Assembly (NCBI RefSeq): GCF_001194135.2
Contig: NC_068982.1
Coordinates: forward strand, 18,605,693-18,669,692
Length of the DNA: 64,000 nucleotides
Direction: 5' to 3'
From: Octopus bimaculoides
Lineage: Eukaryota
Shown: positions 38,439-52,047 of the stretch, in pieces
Layout of the letters: each line of letters opens with the position of its first letter
Position numbering within the stretch: position 1 is the first letter of the stretch
The notes under the pieces: generated by a model
What the model was told of the DNA's origin: nothing
Database searches by the model: none
What the model saw: only the letters and a program-made list of their open reading frames with translations
Translations under genes and position numbers: made by a program

Positions 38439-38629
38439 ATATATGTATCGAGTATCCTGATTTATAAATTGCATGTGGTATCAGGATTAATACATTCTGG
38501 ACGCTATCAGTTGTAGGAGAAATATCCTTTTCGCATAAGGAAGGAGAAAGGAATATAAATGTATAATCGTGAAAGTAATTCTCCAGTATCATAAAATCAA
38601 TTCTCTAATCATATATAGATATATGATTA

Positions 38630-38815
38630 ATCGCTGACCAAACACCATTCAATTTTTTTTCTCCGTGTTTTTCTTCTTGTCTCCGTATTCTTTCTGTTGA
38701 AGAGCGTAGCTCGAAACGTTAAAGACTTTCTGTATTCCCGAGCGTCAAACTAATACATCCTTTTGTTGTTTACACCACCTGTCCTCGGTTTATATTTTCT
38801 TTTCAAATTTCTCAA
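38630..38815 (+). mobile_element. PLE terminal-repeat-like sequence with a variant hammerhead fold at 38689-38725
   Basis: TCTTT-CTGTTGA-A-GAGCgtaGCTC-GAAAC-GTT-AAAGA. It lies next to PLE RT sequence, and a homologous copy occurs at 49362-49510. Confidence 0.7.
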
Positions 38816-38869
38816 ATTCTTTTACCGATATTGCATCATCTCTGCTCTGGTGTGATTGGATTTTCTGTC

Positions 38870-38955
38870 ATTGACAAACAGTACCGAGAACAAATCATAG
38901 AGCATGGAATCAAACGTGCAACACAAATCAACATTAAAAACATTAAGAATAGTTC
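38870..38955 (+). mobile_element. PLE thumb-region fragment in the opposite orientation to the adjacent RT
   Basis: Translation DKQYREQIIEHGIKRATQINIK resembles QYPLSLIDDGIKCAKKL at about 6150. Confidence 0.55.
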
Positions 38956-38964
38956 AACATAGTA

Positions 38965-39965
38965 ACATAGTATGTCCAATAGTGTGTTTCACAGGATGGG
39001 CCCAATATAATAGGCCTTAATGTTAAGTCTTCTGGTGTTGGGATATTTTTGTGTAGACCTTGATTTAATTTGCAGGCATTAGTAATTATTTGAATCTCTT
39101 AGATTTTAGGGGGGCCATAGAAAAAACTTGGTTTGCATTTAAAGTTTGTGATATAGCTTTTTCTTTTTCTGTGCGGCCTTTTCCATGTTTCAGTATTAGA
39201 GATGCAACAGCTTTTAATGTTTTTTGCTGCCTATAATTTGCAAAGTTTTCATAAAAGGAGTCATTTTCTAGTATGGACAATGCTAGGTTTTTATAGTATT
39301 CTGTGTCCACCAGGACTACAGCACTACCTTTGTCTGCTTCTTTGATTGTCAGGACTTTGTCATTTTTTATAGCTGTAATAGGCGCTTCCATTGTTGGTTG
39401 TTGAAGTTAGGTACAATTTTTGATTTATAGATAGTGTGAGGAAAATTCTGGATACGGTTACAGAAGTCGTTTAGTGTTTTATTCCTTCATTTGGATGGTA
39501 GATAATTAATTTTGTGTTTCACTAGTGATTCGTCATTATTGCTGTAGTTGAATAATGCTTCTGTAAATCGAACTTTTCTACAAACTTCTGCAATATTATC
39601 TTTAATTTCATTGGAATTGGGTCTACATGGGGTGGGTATATATTTTAAACCTTTAGCTAAAATATGGATTTTTGTTGTGGAGAGAGTTTTCTGAGATAAA
39701 TTGATTATTTTGGGTTTCTCCCGTAAGTTATGTTCCAACGTGTGTTCCTGTGTCACTCTACTCTGTCTAAAAATATTGTTTTTTGTAATTAGGTTGGAAG
39801 GGGTTCTCAGTGTTAGGGTTGTTATTGTGGGAGTATTGTTGTGTGGGTGTTTATGTTGGAATGAGTTGTAGGGGTGTTTGGTCCTGTATGGGGCGTTGTG
39901 AAGTTGTTCTTTTTGTCTGGTTGCGAGAGTTGAAGTTCCGAAAGTTGAATTCCTATGTTATAATT
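38965..39965 (-). mobile_element. Penelope-like element, N-terminal part of the RT ORF (decayed)
   Basis: Translation IINLSQKTLS...LAKGLKYIPTP, IKEADKGSAVVLVD..YY, FFYGPPKI and LRPIILGPSCETH. These are hallmark PLE RT motifs. Confidence 0.9.
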
Positions 39966-42900
39966 ATAGAGAGTGCGTCTGTATATCCATATATATCTGT
40001 CGGTGTGAGTGTGTATGCCTGTGTGGCCGTGAGGTCGATAATAGCACGTAGGTATGATGCGTGTATGTATGCGTGTATGTATGCATGCACATAGGTATGT
40101 ATGCCTATGTGAATATATAAATATATACTCATATAAGAGATGCTGAGACTTGGGGCAGTTGATGTACGGTCATAAATCTACTTGTGTGGATGTCTAATTT
40201 ACTGTACCTAAGGGGGTGGGGCGCCCACTGTTTCCACGGGCTATGTGTGTGTGAAAACAATAGTTAGCCAATCGTCTTTGTGTTTTGTCTCTTCACATAG
40301 TACATGGTTGTCTAATCATTTTAATGTTTTTATTAAAAGTATACCTAGTACGTTAATAAATTGTTAATTATATATGTTATATATATATATATATATATAT
40401 ATATTGGTCGTTATATACATATTTTATTTATGATTCGTTACTTGTTAAAAGAACCGTACTTCATTCTATGCCATTCTATATTTTGATCCCCCCCCCAGTC
40501 CGCCACTAGCTGCAGGCAAATTAAGAAATATGTTATAATCAAAATGCAATAAACGAAACCGAGTTTAATTAGCGAGTTACATTTTGAAATGTCACCTGAG
40601 GAAGCATATCTACACGAATGATGTACCACATCGAGTTGTAGAGAATCTTTCTCGTGAGGGATCGATGTATGATGGATTGAAATAGTCGAAGAGGTTAAGG
40701 AAGAATCTCGTGACTTCCATTTTCACTTTCCCTTATATGTTATATACGCGATGTACACGAAGAAATTCCTGAAGTAAATCCAGTGGTAATTATCTCCATA
40801 CTACTGCCGAGACAGTGAACGTGCTTTAAACGTCATATTTCCAGATGTAAACAGATATTTAAAATTATTACTTATATAAATATAAGTATTCATTAATATA
40901 CGTATCAATATCATATACCAGAATGGAAAATATATATATATGTAGTGAGAACATTGGTTTCTGGCGTAACATTAGATGCAAAATAAGCTACATCTTAATC
41001 TAGATTTGTTATGTAACTTCGTATTCTTCAAATTTGCAGTTGTATTGAATTACTATTCTGAATATATCAGTACCTCACCTGTGCCGTATAGAGACAGTTA
41101 CGTTTATTCTCTTCATATTTTCATTTATTGATTGCTTCATTAGTTTCTATGCATCAATTACATTAGGATTAAATTTAAGATTTATCTCTAAACATCGAAC
41201 ATTAACACTTTTTCAAACGCTTGTATAATGCGCCATTCATGCATAATAAATTTATTTTTTCATACAGACTACTTTGTAAGCTGTAATTAAATTACTATCT
41301 AATTATCTATGGGAAATCTTTTCACAGAATCTACATGAAATTGAAATGATTCATTATTTATTTTAAGAACGATAACAATTACATCTACTATATTTCTCTT
41401 GTAAGTGTTCAGATACACAAAATAATGTCGGATGAGATTATAGATTTTCCAGTTAAAAGACTCGAATATTTCTATTAAAACAATTAAAGATTATTTTCCA
41501 TTGTATCAGTGAGAATGTTTAACATTTTCTTTGGACGTCTTAATATTACACGTTTGAAACCACTAGAAGTTTGCTGTAGATAATTTCGTTATTAATATAT
41601 ATATGTACAAACACACACAAACACGGAAACGCACACAGATACAACCCAAAATACCCACAGACGCATGTTCTCACACACACACGCACACATATTTCAAATG
41701 TGAGATTTAAACCTCAATACATGAAATAGAATAATAATAACCTATTGTACCTCTGAGACGTTACACCTTCAACTCTTTTCCATATATCAAACTACTCGCT
41801 TGATATATAGAATACAGCTTAGATCAGTATGATTATATTTAGTGTTGGAAAACATATAGCATTTTCCTAACCATTGGAAACAAACCGTAATTCTTTTGTA
41901 TTTGCAATGAGCGAGTCACACGCTGCGCACAAACGACGGTTTTCACTTCATGTTTTAATATGAAAGGAGGTTAATCACGTATATAAATTAACTGGATAAA
42001 TTAGTATTTTTTCCATTATCCAAGTTAAGGTATGCTCTTAATATTCCCTATTATTTGGACTACTTTTTCATTATTTATTCATCATGATTCATTATGTAAT
42101 GTTATTTAACCTCGCACAATGTTCCTGTTTATACTGTATCAGAAACAGAGAATGAACAGTTTGATACATTTGCTTATTAAACGCATCATTGTCTTTAGTA
42201 CCTCCGTCAGAGATGCATACGTTCAGTTGAAAAAGAAATGGGGCATCAAAATGCAATTATCCTATGTTAATAAATGTGCAACTTTTGAATTTCAGTCTCA
42301 TGAATTTTAATCTATTTAAGCATAACACTTTTTATCCACCTTATTTAAAATCCGTGAATGAAATCGTACAAGTATTTACAAATATCCACCCTTAGAAAAT
42401 TATGCTTCACCAGGTTAGCTACCCTGCATAAATGAACATATATTTCAAAGTATGTGAGAAAGGTAATATCCATGGGTATTGACTTCAAAACATATCTTCT
42501 TTTCCAAATGACTATTAAATTAAGTGCATTAGGGTAACATATATGCGTTTGATTATATCAATGTTCTAATCGTAATTAGCTGATGGCGAGAATACTGAGT
42601 TGATACACAGTCTAGGAGAGCAATATCTAAAACAAACGAAAATCTTTAAAGACATTCATGTTTCGTATCCAGATTTCCCAGAATGGTAAAGCATAAATAT
42701 CAAATAAATCGCACCCGTTAAACCGCCGAAGTGTATCTTCACTTACACATATTTGCTTGTTCCCAAAATTTATAAATAAAATATACAATAGATATACATT
42801 CTACAAGGACGCTTTATCTCGGAGAATACTCGAATCTGTTAAAACTAAAGAATATTTTTTAAAATGTAGATACCCTTGATAGAATATGAATGAAATAAAC

Positions 42901-43932
42901 TGTTACCAAGCCAGGAATACAGGCAGTTGTACTTACGGTAAGCCAATACTGACTGATTTTGTTCTAAATAAGTAAATCCAGTAACAAGAAAACATGCTCT
43001 ACTGAACCAACAATGCCTCCCTTTATTGAGTCTTCGCCACGTCTACATATCACACTGGGGATAAAAGACTTTATTGCACGGATATCAGCAGTTGTTCTTA
43101 ATTAAATTGATTGTGCTGAATTATGTCTGTATGTATGTACGCATTTTGGAAGTCGAAATCATCGAAAAGTGTTACATCAAGTTTATCATTCCCGATCGTT
43201 GGTGTATAAATGTATGATGGATTATGACTTAAATATTTTACCATTGATGGGATTGATTCACCACGGAGGAGCTTTCTCGAATTGAATATTTGGCTAATTG
43301 ATATTTGAATATTCGTGGTAAAACAAGACTGATGACATGAGTGTGAGTTGATGTATTAATATGCAGTAAATGAAAATTATTTCATGCTAAAGTGAATTTA
43401 CTGCTTTGGTTGAAAGAGAAAATGCGCTCTTACAAAAAACACTTCTCACCATGTTGCATCAGTGTATTCGTTTGTTCAACAATAAATCTGTGTGTGATTT
43501 GATGTTTAATTAATTTACCAGACATTCTCTTTTTTACGAGTTAGAGGAAATTCACTCCGATGGATGCACTTACATATAACTGGTTTGTAAGAGAAATTGA
43601 CTCATTATAGTATTTCCTAATGTAACCCGCAAAAATTGTACAGTAAGCGTGGCTAACGTCAATGTAATATCTGTAAAATATTTCCTATTTCTCTGTTTTG
43701 TCCATAGTGAAGGAAATAAAGTTAAGAAAACAGTAATACTCGATTTTATTTTGAACATATATATAAATATACTGGATTATGTTACGGTATTATGTTCCAT
43801 TGTTCTGCCTTGAAGCATTTCCTCAAGACTGATAGTATATTTTCTCTGTGGAAAAACCTGCAAAAGTTCTTGGAAAAACAACTATAATGAACGCCAATGT
43901 TAGAAGTACGACATTTGCAAATTACGACGCAG

Positions 43933-44086
43933 GAATAGGTGTGTGGTGAAAAGATTGCTTCCGAACCACATAGTCTTCGGTTCAGCCCCACTGCATAGCA
44001 GCTTGGCCAAGTATCTTCTACTATTGTCTCGGACCGAACGATACCTTGTGAGTGGGTTTGGATTGATGGAAATTAAAAGCAGCCCA

Positions 44087-44120
<34 letters not shown>

Positions 44121-44360
44121 CTGTGTGTGTGTGTTTGTGTGTTTGTCTGTGTCTGTGTCTGTGTGTATACACATACATAAATACACACACACACACACAC
44201 AGGCGCGCGCGTGCCCGCCAGTATGATGAATATTATTTTGTTTGTTTTTATTGCACCCTCCGCTTTACAACGAGTTTTGGTTTGTTTATATCCCCGTACC
44301 GTACCTTAGTCGTTCAACAAACGTGGATCGCTGACTGAAAGAAGAGGTACTAGTATCTAT
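43933..44360 (+). mobile_element. SINE family B copy with an expanded internal (CA)/(TG) tract
   Basis: GTGTGTGGTGAAAAGATTGCTTCCGAACCACATAGTCTTCGGTTCAGCCCCACTGC...CCTTGTGAGTGG...; the 3' part TTTATATCCCCGTA follows the microsatellite. Confidence 0.75.
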
Positions 44361-46921
44361 TTGTTCGACTGACTACAAGGCCAGTTCCTCCTATTAAATG
44401 TATATTAGATGATATGCATATATACACACACACACATATATATACGCATACCTATGTCAATGTATCTATATACGTGTGTATGTTTCTTAGTGTCTGACTA
44501 CTTTTATTTGATAATCACATTTATATTAATTTTCTATTATAGGAAAGGTGCACAATATGTATAAGTAATCATTGAAATTTTCCCCCAAACACTCTCGTTC
44601 ATCACAGTGCAGTTATCTGGAGATTAAATACATTGACCATTTCTATCACTTAAGACATAATGTTATTATAACTGAATCGATTTTGCCACTAGTATCCGCT
44701 GAATACCAGGCTTTCATCGTAAAAACCGTTTATTCTTAGACCTTTGGGAATCGTGAATAAATATGTACGTCCACATTTTTCAATAGAAGCAGTGGGTTGT
44801 TTCATTAGCTATTATTTCATTCTCTGCTCCAAATGCTTAAAAATAAGCCTATTCTATGTTTATTCAAAGTCTGTAGTAATCACATTTACGGGTATATATT
44901 TTGATATATGAAGTAAGGAGGAGTATAATAACGTATAATCGTATGCTATAATGATTAGAAGTTATTTCTACTGACAAACAGTAATTCAGAATTGTCACTT
45001 TCGTAGATATTAATGGATTTTCAATCGATTTGTATAACATGTATTGTAGAATATTCTTTGCACATTTTATATTTATTTAATTTTGCTTTCGAAATATAAT
45101 GACTTTTCGGCTCTTTTCTTGATAGGGTTGTCAGAACATGAAGAATCAGTTCAAATGTATATTATTTCACTTCTAAATTTGGTTATTTTGATGTACTTCA
45201 TATATCTGCTAAATACTTTGGAGGCACTATTGTTAAAGAGATCATTTGAGTGGAAAGTAGAAAAACGTTCTCAGTGTGACAATGACAGTTACTATATTGC
45301 TTAATATCCATTCAAGATATAATTGGTCCGGTGAGAAGCCAGACGTTTTCACTATATTAGGCAGCAGTTTTTGGGAAATATTTACGTAATATACGTAATT
45401 GTTGTGTCGATGCCCCTAGGCGAAGAAGTAGGTACTCCCAAAACATACAAATACAGGTAGTCTGGCAGTGGTAGGAGTGTTGAGTAGCAGTTGAGTAGCA
45501 GTTGTGTAGCGGTTGAGTGAAGATTATCCGAAAGTGCTGGATAGCAGTAGCGTTGAGACATAACAGTAATATAAAAGGAGCAGGTGTAATATACGTAATA
45601 TACGCAATATAAACGGAGCAGGCGGGCGAAAGATAAACGGGAAGTGTATTATTCAATATATTCCCCATAGAATATGAAGATATAAATGAGTACTCTTGTG
45701 AAACCGTTTGCGGATATAGGTTGTTTAAGTCCCCGTTATTCATATGAATAACAAACTCTTGAAATCTCTGTGGTACTGTAATGGTAATTTGAACACTTCG
45801 GTTCTAGTTGTGTGAACTAGATAAATGTTATGTCATTATAAAGCCAAAAATATCACAATAGGAACACTTAATTCACGTCATTATGTCTCTTTCTCTTATT
45901 TTCAAATTTTCATATCCGGAAAACAACGCGTAACTTATTCTGCATGTGGAACAAATGTTTAACAAGAAGAAGTTATACTGGAGACCTTGGTCGAAACTGT
46001 TATAATGACTTACCAGCAACAGACAAATATCATTCAGTCAAATCAATATTTCAGGAGAGAAGTGAGATTATTTGTGAAGTGATTTCTCTTCCATTAAACT
46101 ATACTAAACATACAGTGTTAATAGTTTTTTACATTTTTTCTTTGTATATTTGCAATAACATTGAGCATTGCGAATACTTAAGAGTTAATATTGTTGTCGT
46201 CCACTATGATTCGTATAAAATATGCATATCCAGGCTTATTCAAAAAGTTTTCAGTATCTGAACGTATGCAACTGACCATTGAGGAGAATATACATTATGC
46301 ATCCGTAAAATTACCATATTTATGCAATAATGGCAAGAATATTATACAAATTAAGCTACGTCAAGAGAATGCACGTACTAAAATTAAACTCATGTATTAG
46401 TAAGATATCTTTTTCCTGATTTGTGTCCCAAATTAAATTGCAATACATTAACGACAAAATGAAGGAAGGAAATCATACTTGCTTATTAATAAGAGACAGT
46501 AGATATAGTTTCCTCACATCAGACCTCATCGATTAAAATAAATGGCACATTATGCGGAGCATCTTATCACTACTGTTCAGTAAAGTATGTTGTGTTAGAT
46601 TCCATTTACAAAGCAGGAAGGTAGAAGATTTCTCTATTTGTCAGAGTAATAAATGTGTGTAGTCCTAATACAGGTCAACAATGTAACGTCAGATGAGAGC
46701 AATTCCAGAATAGACATACGATCTATTTCCGCGTGACACTCACTGTTGTTGTTATATATCTTCGAAAGGCCCATAAAGATTCTATTTATTTTTTCCTTGC
46801 TGTTAGAAACTGCAGTCAAATCAACAACAAATTACATTCGACTACTTGAAAAGAAATAATAATATACAATTCTCTTCAGTCTAAAGACACATTAATGCTG
46901 TGCTACAAAATATGTTTTATA

Positions 46922-47148
46922 TACGAAGGGTTGCTGGAGAATACCTGGCTTTGAAGGTAGCGTGAAAGGCTTGGTTGCGTGAAAGGCCCAAACTTTCGAC
47001 TTGTTTTACAGGATTTAGAAAATCTGAAGGACCATGCATTAAGTGTATTCAACAGAGAGGAGAGTGTGTTAAATGAAATCATATATAAATGATCCTCTTC
47101 TATTTTCTTTTACCCAAAGCTAGGAACTTTTCAGCAACTCGTTGTGTA
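46922..47148 (+). mobile_element. Mariner-derived MITE (about 227 bp)
   Basis: Left end TACGAAGGGTTGCTGGAGAATACCTGGCTTTG pairs with right end CAAAGCTAGGAACTTTTCAGCAACTCGTTGTGTA, with TA termini. The interior retains the transposase C-terminus (LENLKD.CIKCIQQRGECVK*). Confidence 0.75.
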
Positions 47149-47260
<112 letters not shown>

Positions 47261-47400
47261 CATGTATAAACATGTATAAATCTTTCTACACACACACACA
47301 CACACACGTCTATACTCTGAGTACGTTGGATGTTTTGATATAACTATCTATATAGTCATACTTAAATATTCGTCGTCCTTTGTTGCTATAGGGACAAACG

Positions 47401-48285
47401 ACACTAATCATCACCGGCATTGCAAGAAATAAGAGTCAAAACACCTTAATAGCCACAGCAGTATAGCCAAAGCAATATAACCGATTCATCAATGACTTCG
47501 CATTTTGATGCTGACGCATATTAATGCACATCAGCTGCTGACATTGCCCCTAGGATTACTCGCAGCTCGCTTTAGCAGTTTATGAAATTTCCGTTGAAAT
47601 TCATAAATGGTAGAAATGAAAATTATAAATAATATGGGTGGCAAATCTGGAATTTTATAACCTAAAGGCAGTAATATATAAGGTGATAAAGGTTACTAAT
47701 CAATACCAGCATTGTTAGATATAGGAGTCAAAACAACTAATTGGCCATAGCAAGCAGTGACTTAATGACTGAGCTCTCTACAGTAGTAGATATAGGCAGA
47801 TCATCGATGATAACGCATTTTGATTCACACACATCTCAATGCCCATCGGCCCTCTGTCACTTTAGTGACGTATATATTTCTGCATTTAAGTTGTAAAAGT
47901 TGCGAATTAGCCACCAATATTATTTCTAATTTTCACTATTACCGTTTCACAGCATATGATTTCAACACTTTTACAGCATATTATTTCAACAGAAATCTTA
48001 TAAACTGACAAGGCGAGCTGCGTTTAATCCTAGGAGCAATGAGCGGCAACCATGAGCATTAAGATGCGTGAGCATCAAAATGCGAAATCATCGATGATGT
48101 GGCTATATCTGCTGTTGTAAGAACCTTGTTTTCTTTATCAATCTTTAAGACAGTGCATCATGTGACTATTGAGTTGTTTTGATTCTTGTTTCTAGCAATA
48201 CTGGTACTGATTGGTGACTTTTGTCACTTTTGTGACATTTATAAGTCTGCCTTTAGCTTGTAAAATTGCGAATTAGCCACATATA
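47401..48285. repeat. Diverged inverted/tandem array of a 300-370 bp unit
   Basis: The motif GCATTTTGATGCT occurs at about 47500 (+), 47815 (+) and 48071-48083 (-). 47401-47665 is the reverse complement of about 47885-48235. GTCAC-n4-GTGAC mini-hairpins lie at about 47856 and 48223. Confidence 0.8.
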
Positions 48286-48290
48286 TTATA

Positions 48291-49330
48291 TTAGACAGGA
48301 TTGGCCGAAATGTCTCTCCACACCAGACATTGGCATGAAATCGGAATTTTTCATGGCTTTATGCAAACCATATAGCAGAAATATGTCTCGGAGCAAAGGC
48401 CCAACAGAAAAAGGAACAAGATTCGAGGGAGAAGAAGATCCTCATGAGACGAAGGTTGCAAATCGCTTCAATCAAAATACCAAAAGTAGTGAAAAGTCCA
48501 GCCAAACAACAACACTGACAGTGATTGAAAACAGCCTGAAATAATCCTATGTGAAGGAGAGAACAGACAAAGAAACCTGGGTTGTAAAAAGCACCAAGTC
48601 AAACCCAAAGGCCTCCTAGCTTTATACCAAAGAAACAGGCTCAGTACGCTGCAAAATAGGATCCCTCTTCCAGAAGGACGGCTTCCTCATAGATAACCCA
48701 ACCAGGATCAGTGAGGTACTGAATGGCCAGTTCAAAAGTGTCTTTAACACCCCATTCGAATACAGGCAAGTGAAGGAACCAGCGGACGAATTTGCCGTCT
48801 CACCTATAACCAGCTAAGCAGTTACGAAGATCGTCTCATTGCAACAGCTCAGCTGCTGGGAAAGACTGAAACAGCGAAGACTCTACTCTCTGGAGCGACG
48901 GCGATAGTGATATGCTGTAATATACATCTTGAAGATCCTGGAAGGGTCTGTGCCAAACTTTGGCGTTGAGATACATAACTGCCAGAACGAGTCGCCACTG
49001 CACTGTGCCAAATATACGAGCAATGCTGTCGCGAGTCAGGATCAGTTACTGCAACAACCGTGATTCAAGGGCTCACAGCAATTTAATATTCTCCCAAACA
49101 GCCTGAAGGACCTACAGAAATTGGATGTAGGTGCTTTCAAATCAAACGTGGATCTTTTCCTGTCGAGTGTTTCAGATTAACCTAACTCGCGGCAGGCGGC
49201 GCAAATGAGAGCAGTGACATAAAACTCCCTTATTTACCAAATTCCACATATCAGGGGATGTTCTCCGTCATTAAGGTATAGCAAAATGGTGGTGCCTCAG
49301 CATGGCCACGGTTTTGAGATTAAACTGATA
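48291..49330 (+). mobile_element. Third copy of the CR1-group LINE, 5'-truncated, with the RT core deleted
   Basis: 48291-48827 aligns to the reverse complement of about 19452-18919. 48828-49330 aligns to about 17870-17361 and includes the 3' tail GGTGGTGCCTCAGCATGGCCACGG. Confidence 0.9.
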
Positions 49331-49361
49331 TTGATATATATATATATATATATATATATTT

Positions 49362-49510
49362 GAAATTTCCAGGAAAACGAAAGACGAAGACAGGTGTATA
49401 AACAAGGAAGTATATTAGTCTGACGATCGGGAAACTGAGAAAATCATTTACGTTTCGAGAATACGCTCATGAACAGAAAGGAACACAAGGAAATAAACAG
49501 AGATGGAATA
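49362..49510 (-). mobile_element. Decayed copy of the PLE terminal-repeat-like sequence
   Basis: Minus strand CCTTTCTGTTCATGAGCGTATTCTCGAAACGTAAATG...CAGACTAATATAC...ACACCTGTCTTCG is homologous to 38685-38790. Confidence 0.7.
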
Positions 49511-49845
49511 AAAGAACTTGCGGATTTATATATATATATATATATATATTGTGTATGTTGCAGTTGTATGCTCTTGACCACTGATCTACTTAATTAGGGA
49601 GTAAACCTGGAAAAAAGTATAACAGCAGTAAATATAAAAACAAGTGCAAAAGTATACCGAATGAATTATCTCATAAGATTATAGGCATACAGTGTAAGTA
49701 TTGGCGTTACAGTCATTGGAAGTAGTACTTAGACATCTGAACGTACACCAATATAGGATAACATGTTGAAAATTCTATTATTGTTATTATTATTATTATC
49801 ATTATTATTATTATTACTGTTGTTGTTGTTATTATTATTATTATT

Positions 49846-50018
49846 TTCTCATTATCACAGTTTTTGCTCATGGAGCCTTGTATGCTTAGCGGGCTTAACA
49901 CCTCCAGCCCTCGGTACCATGCTATTCGTTTTTTTTCAGCTATCTAATACTTTCCTCATTATTCTCACCGTTCCAATGCGGCAAGCATTATGCAACAATT
50001 CTACTGGGCACTCTATTC
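49846..50018 (-). mobile_element. Extreme 3' end of an R4/Dong-like element with an (AAT)n tail
   Basis: Translation IECPVELLHNACRIGTVRIMRKVLDS*, followed by a short 3' UTR and (AAT)n. Confidence 0.7.
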
Positions 50019-50039
50019 AATAATAATAATAATAATAAC

Positions 50040-51348
<1,309 letters not shown>

Positions 51349-52008
51349 GAAATGAAATCAATATTTCTGCAGATTCAACGCTCCAATATACTTATTTAAT
51401 GAACATAAGATAGGTCGCATTTTTATAGATATCTGAGAAGCAACCTCACTATGTCAAAATTTACACGTGCTCCTTTAGCTTGCAGCTATGAAATCGATTC
51501 CTCATATGGTACAGAAGGAGAAACGAATAATCTACTTGAATGTTTTACAGTTTGATATCCACGTCTTAAGAAGACTACAGAATTAGACAAAACGCACAAA
51601 TGTAAATATCGTACATAAGCAGAGGCACACACAAAAACGCATACATATAACAAACATAAATACACCCATACATGTACTATATATGTATGTATAATTAAAA
51701 ATGTAATATATAAAGAAATTAGGGGATCGGGTAAATACACTTATAAGCGGAAAAGAGTGGTCTGGCTTCAAGGTAATCTTTATTTCTAAAATACCATCTC
51801 ACTCGATGTTTTAACAATTGTTTATAAAAATTTTCTCAGATTGCCAAGGCTATTATTTAGTGATAGAAAAGAAGGGGTATGTTGGCAGGAGCCGTTAATC
51901 TCAATCGTGCCCAGCGGCTGGCATGCCGATTCCACCCCCAATAAGGGGATAATTTACCCAAGCCTCTAAGTTGTTTTCAAATTTATTCTTCTACGTTCGA
52001 ATATTACA

Positions 52009-52047
<39 letters not shown>

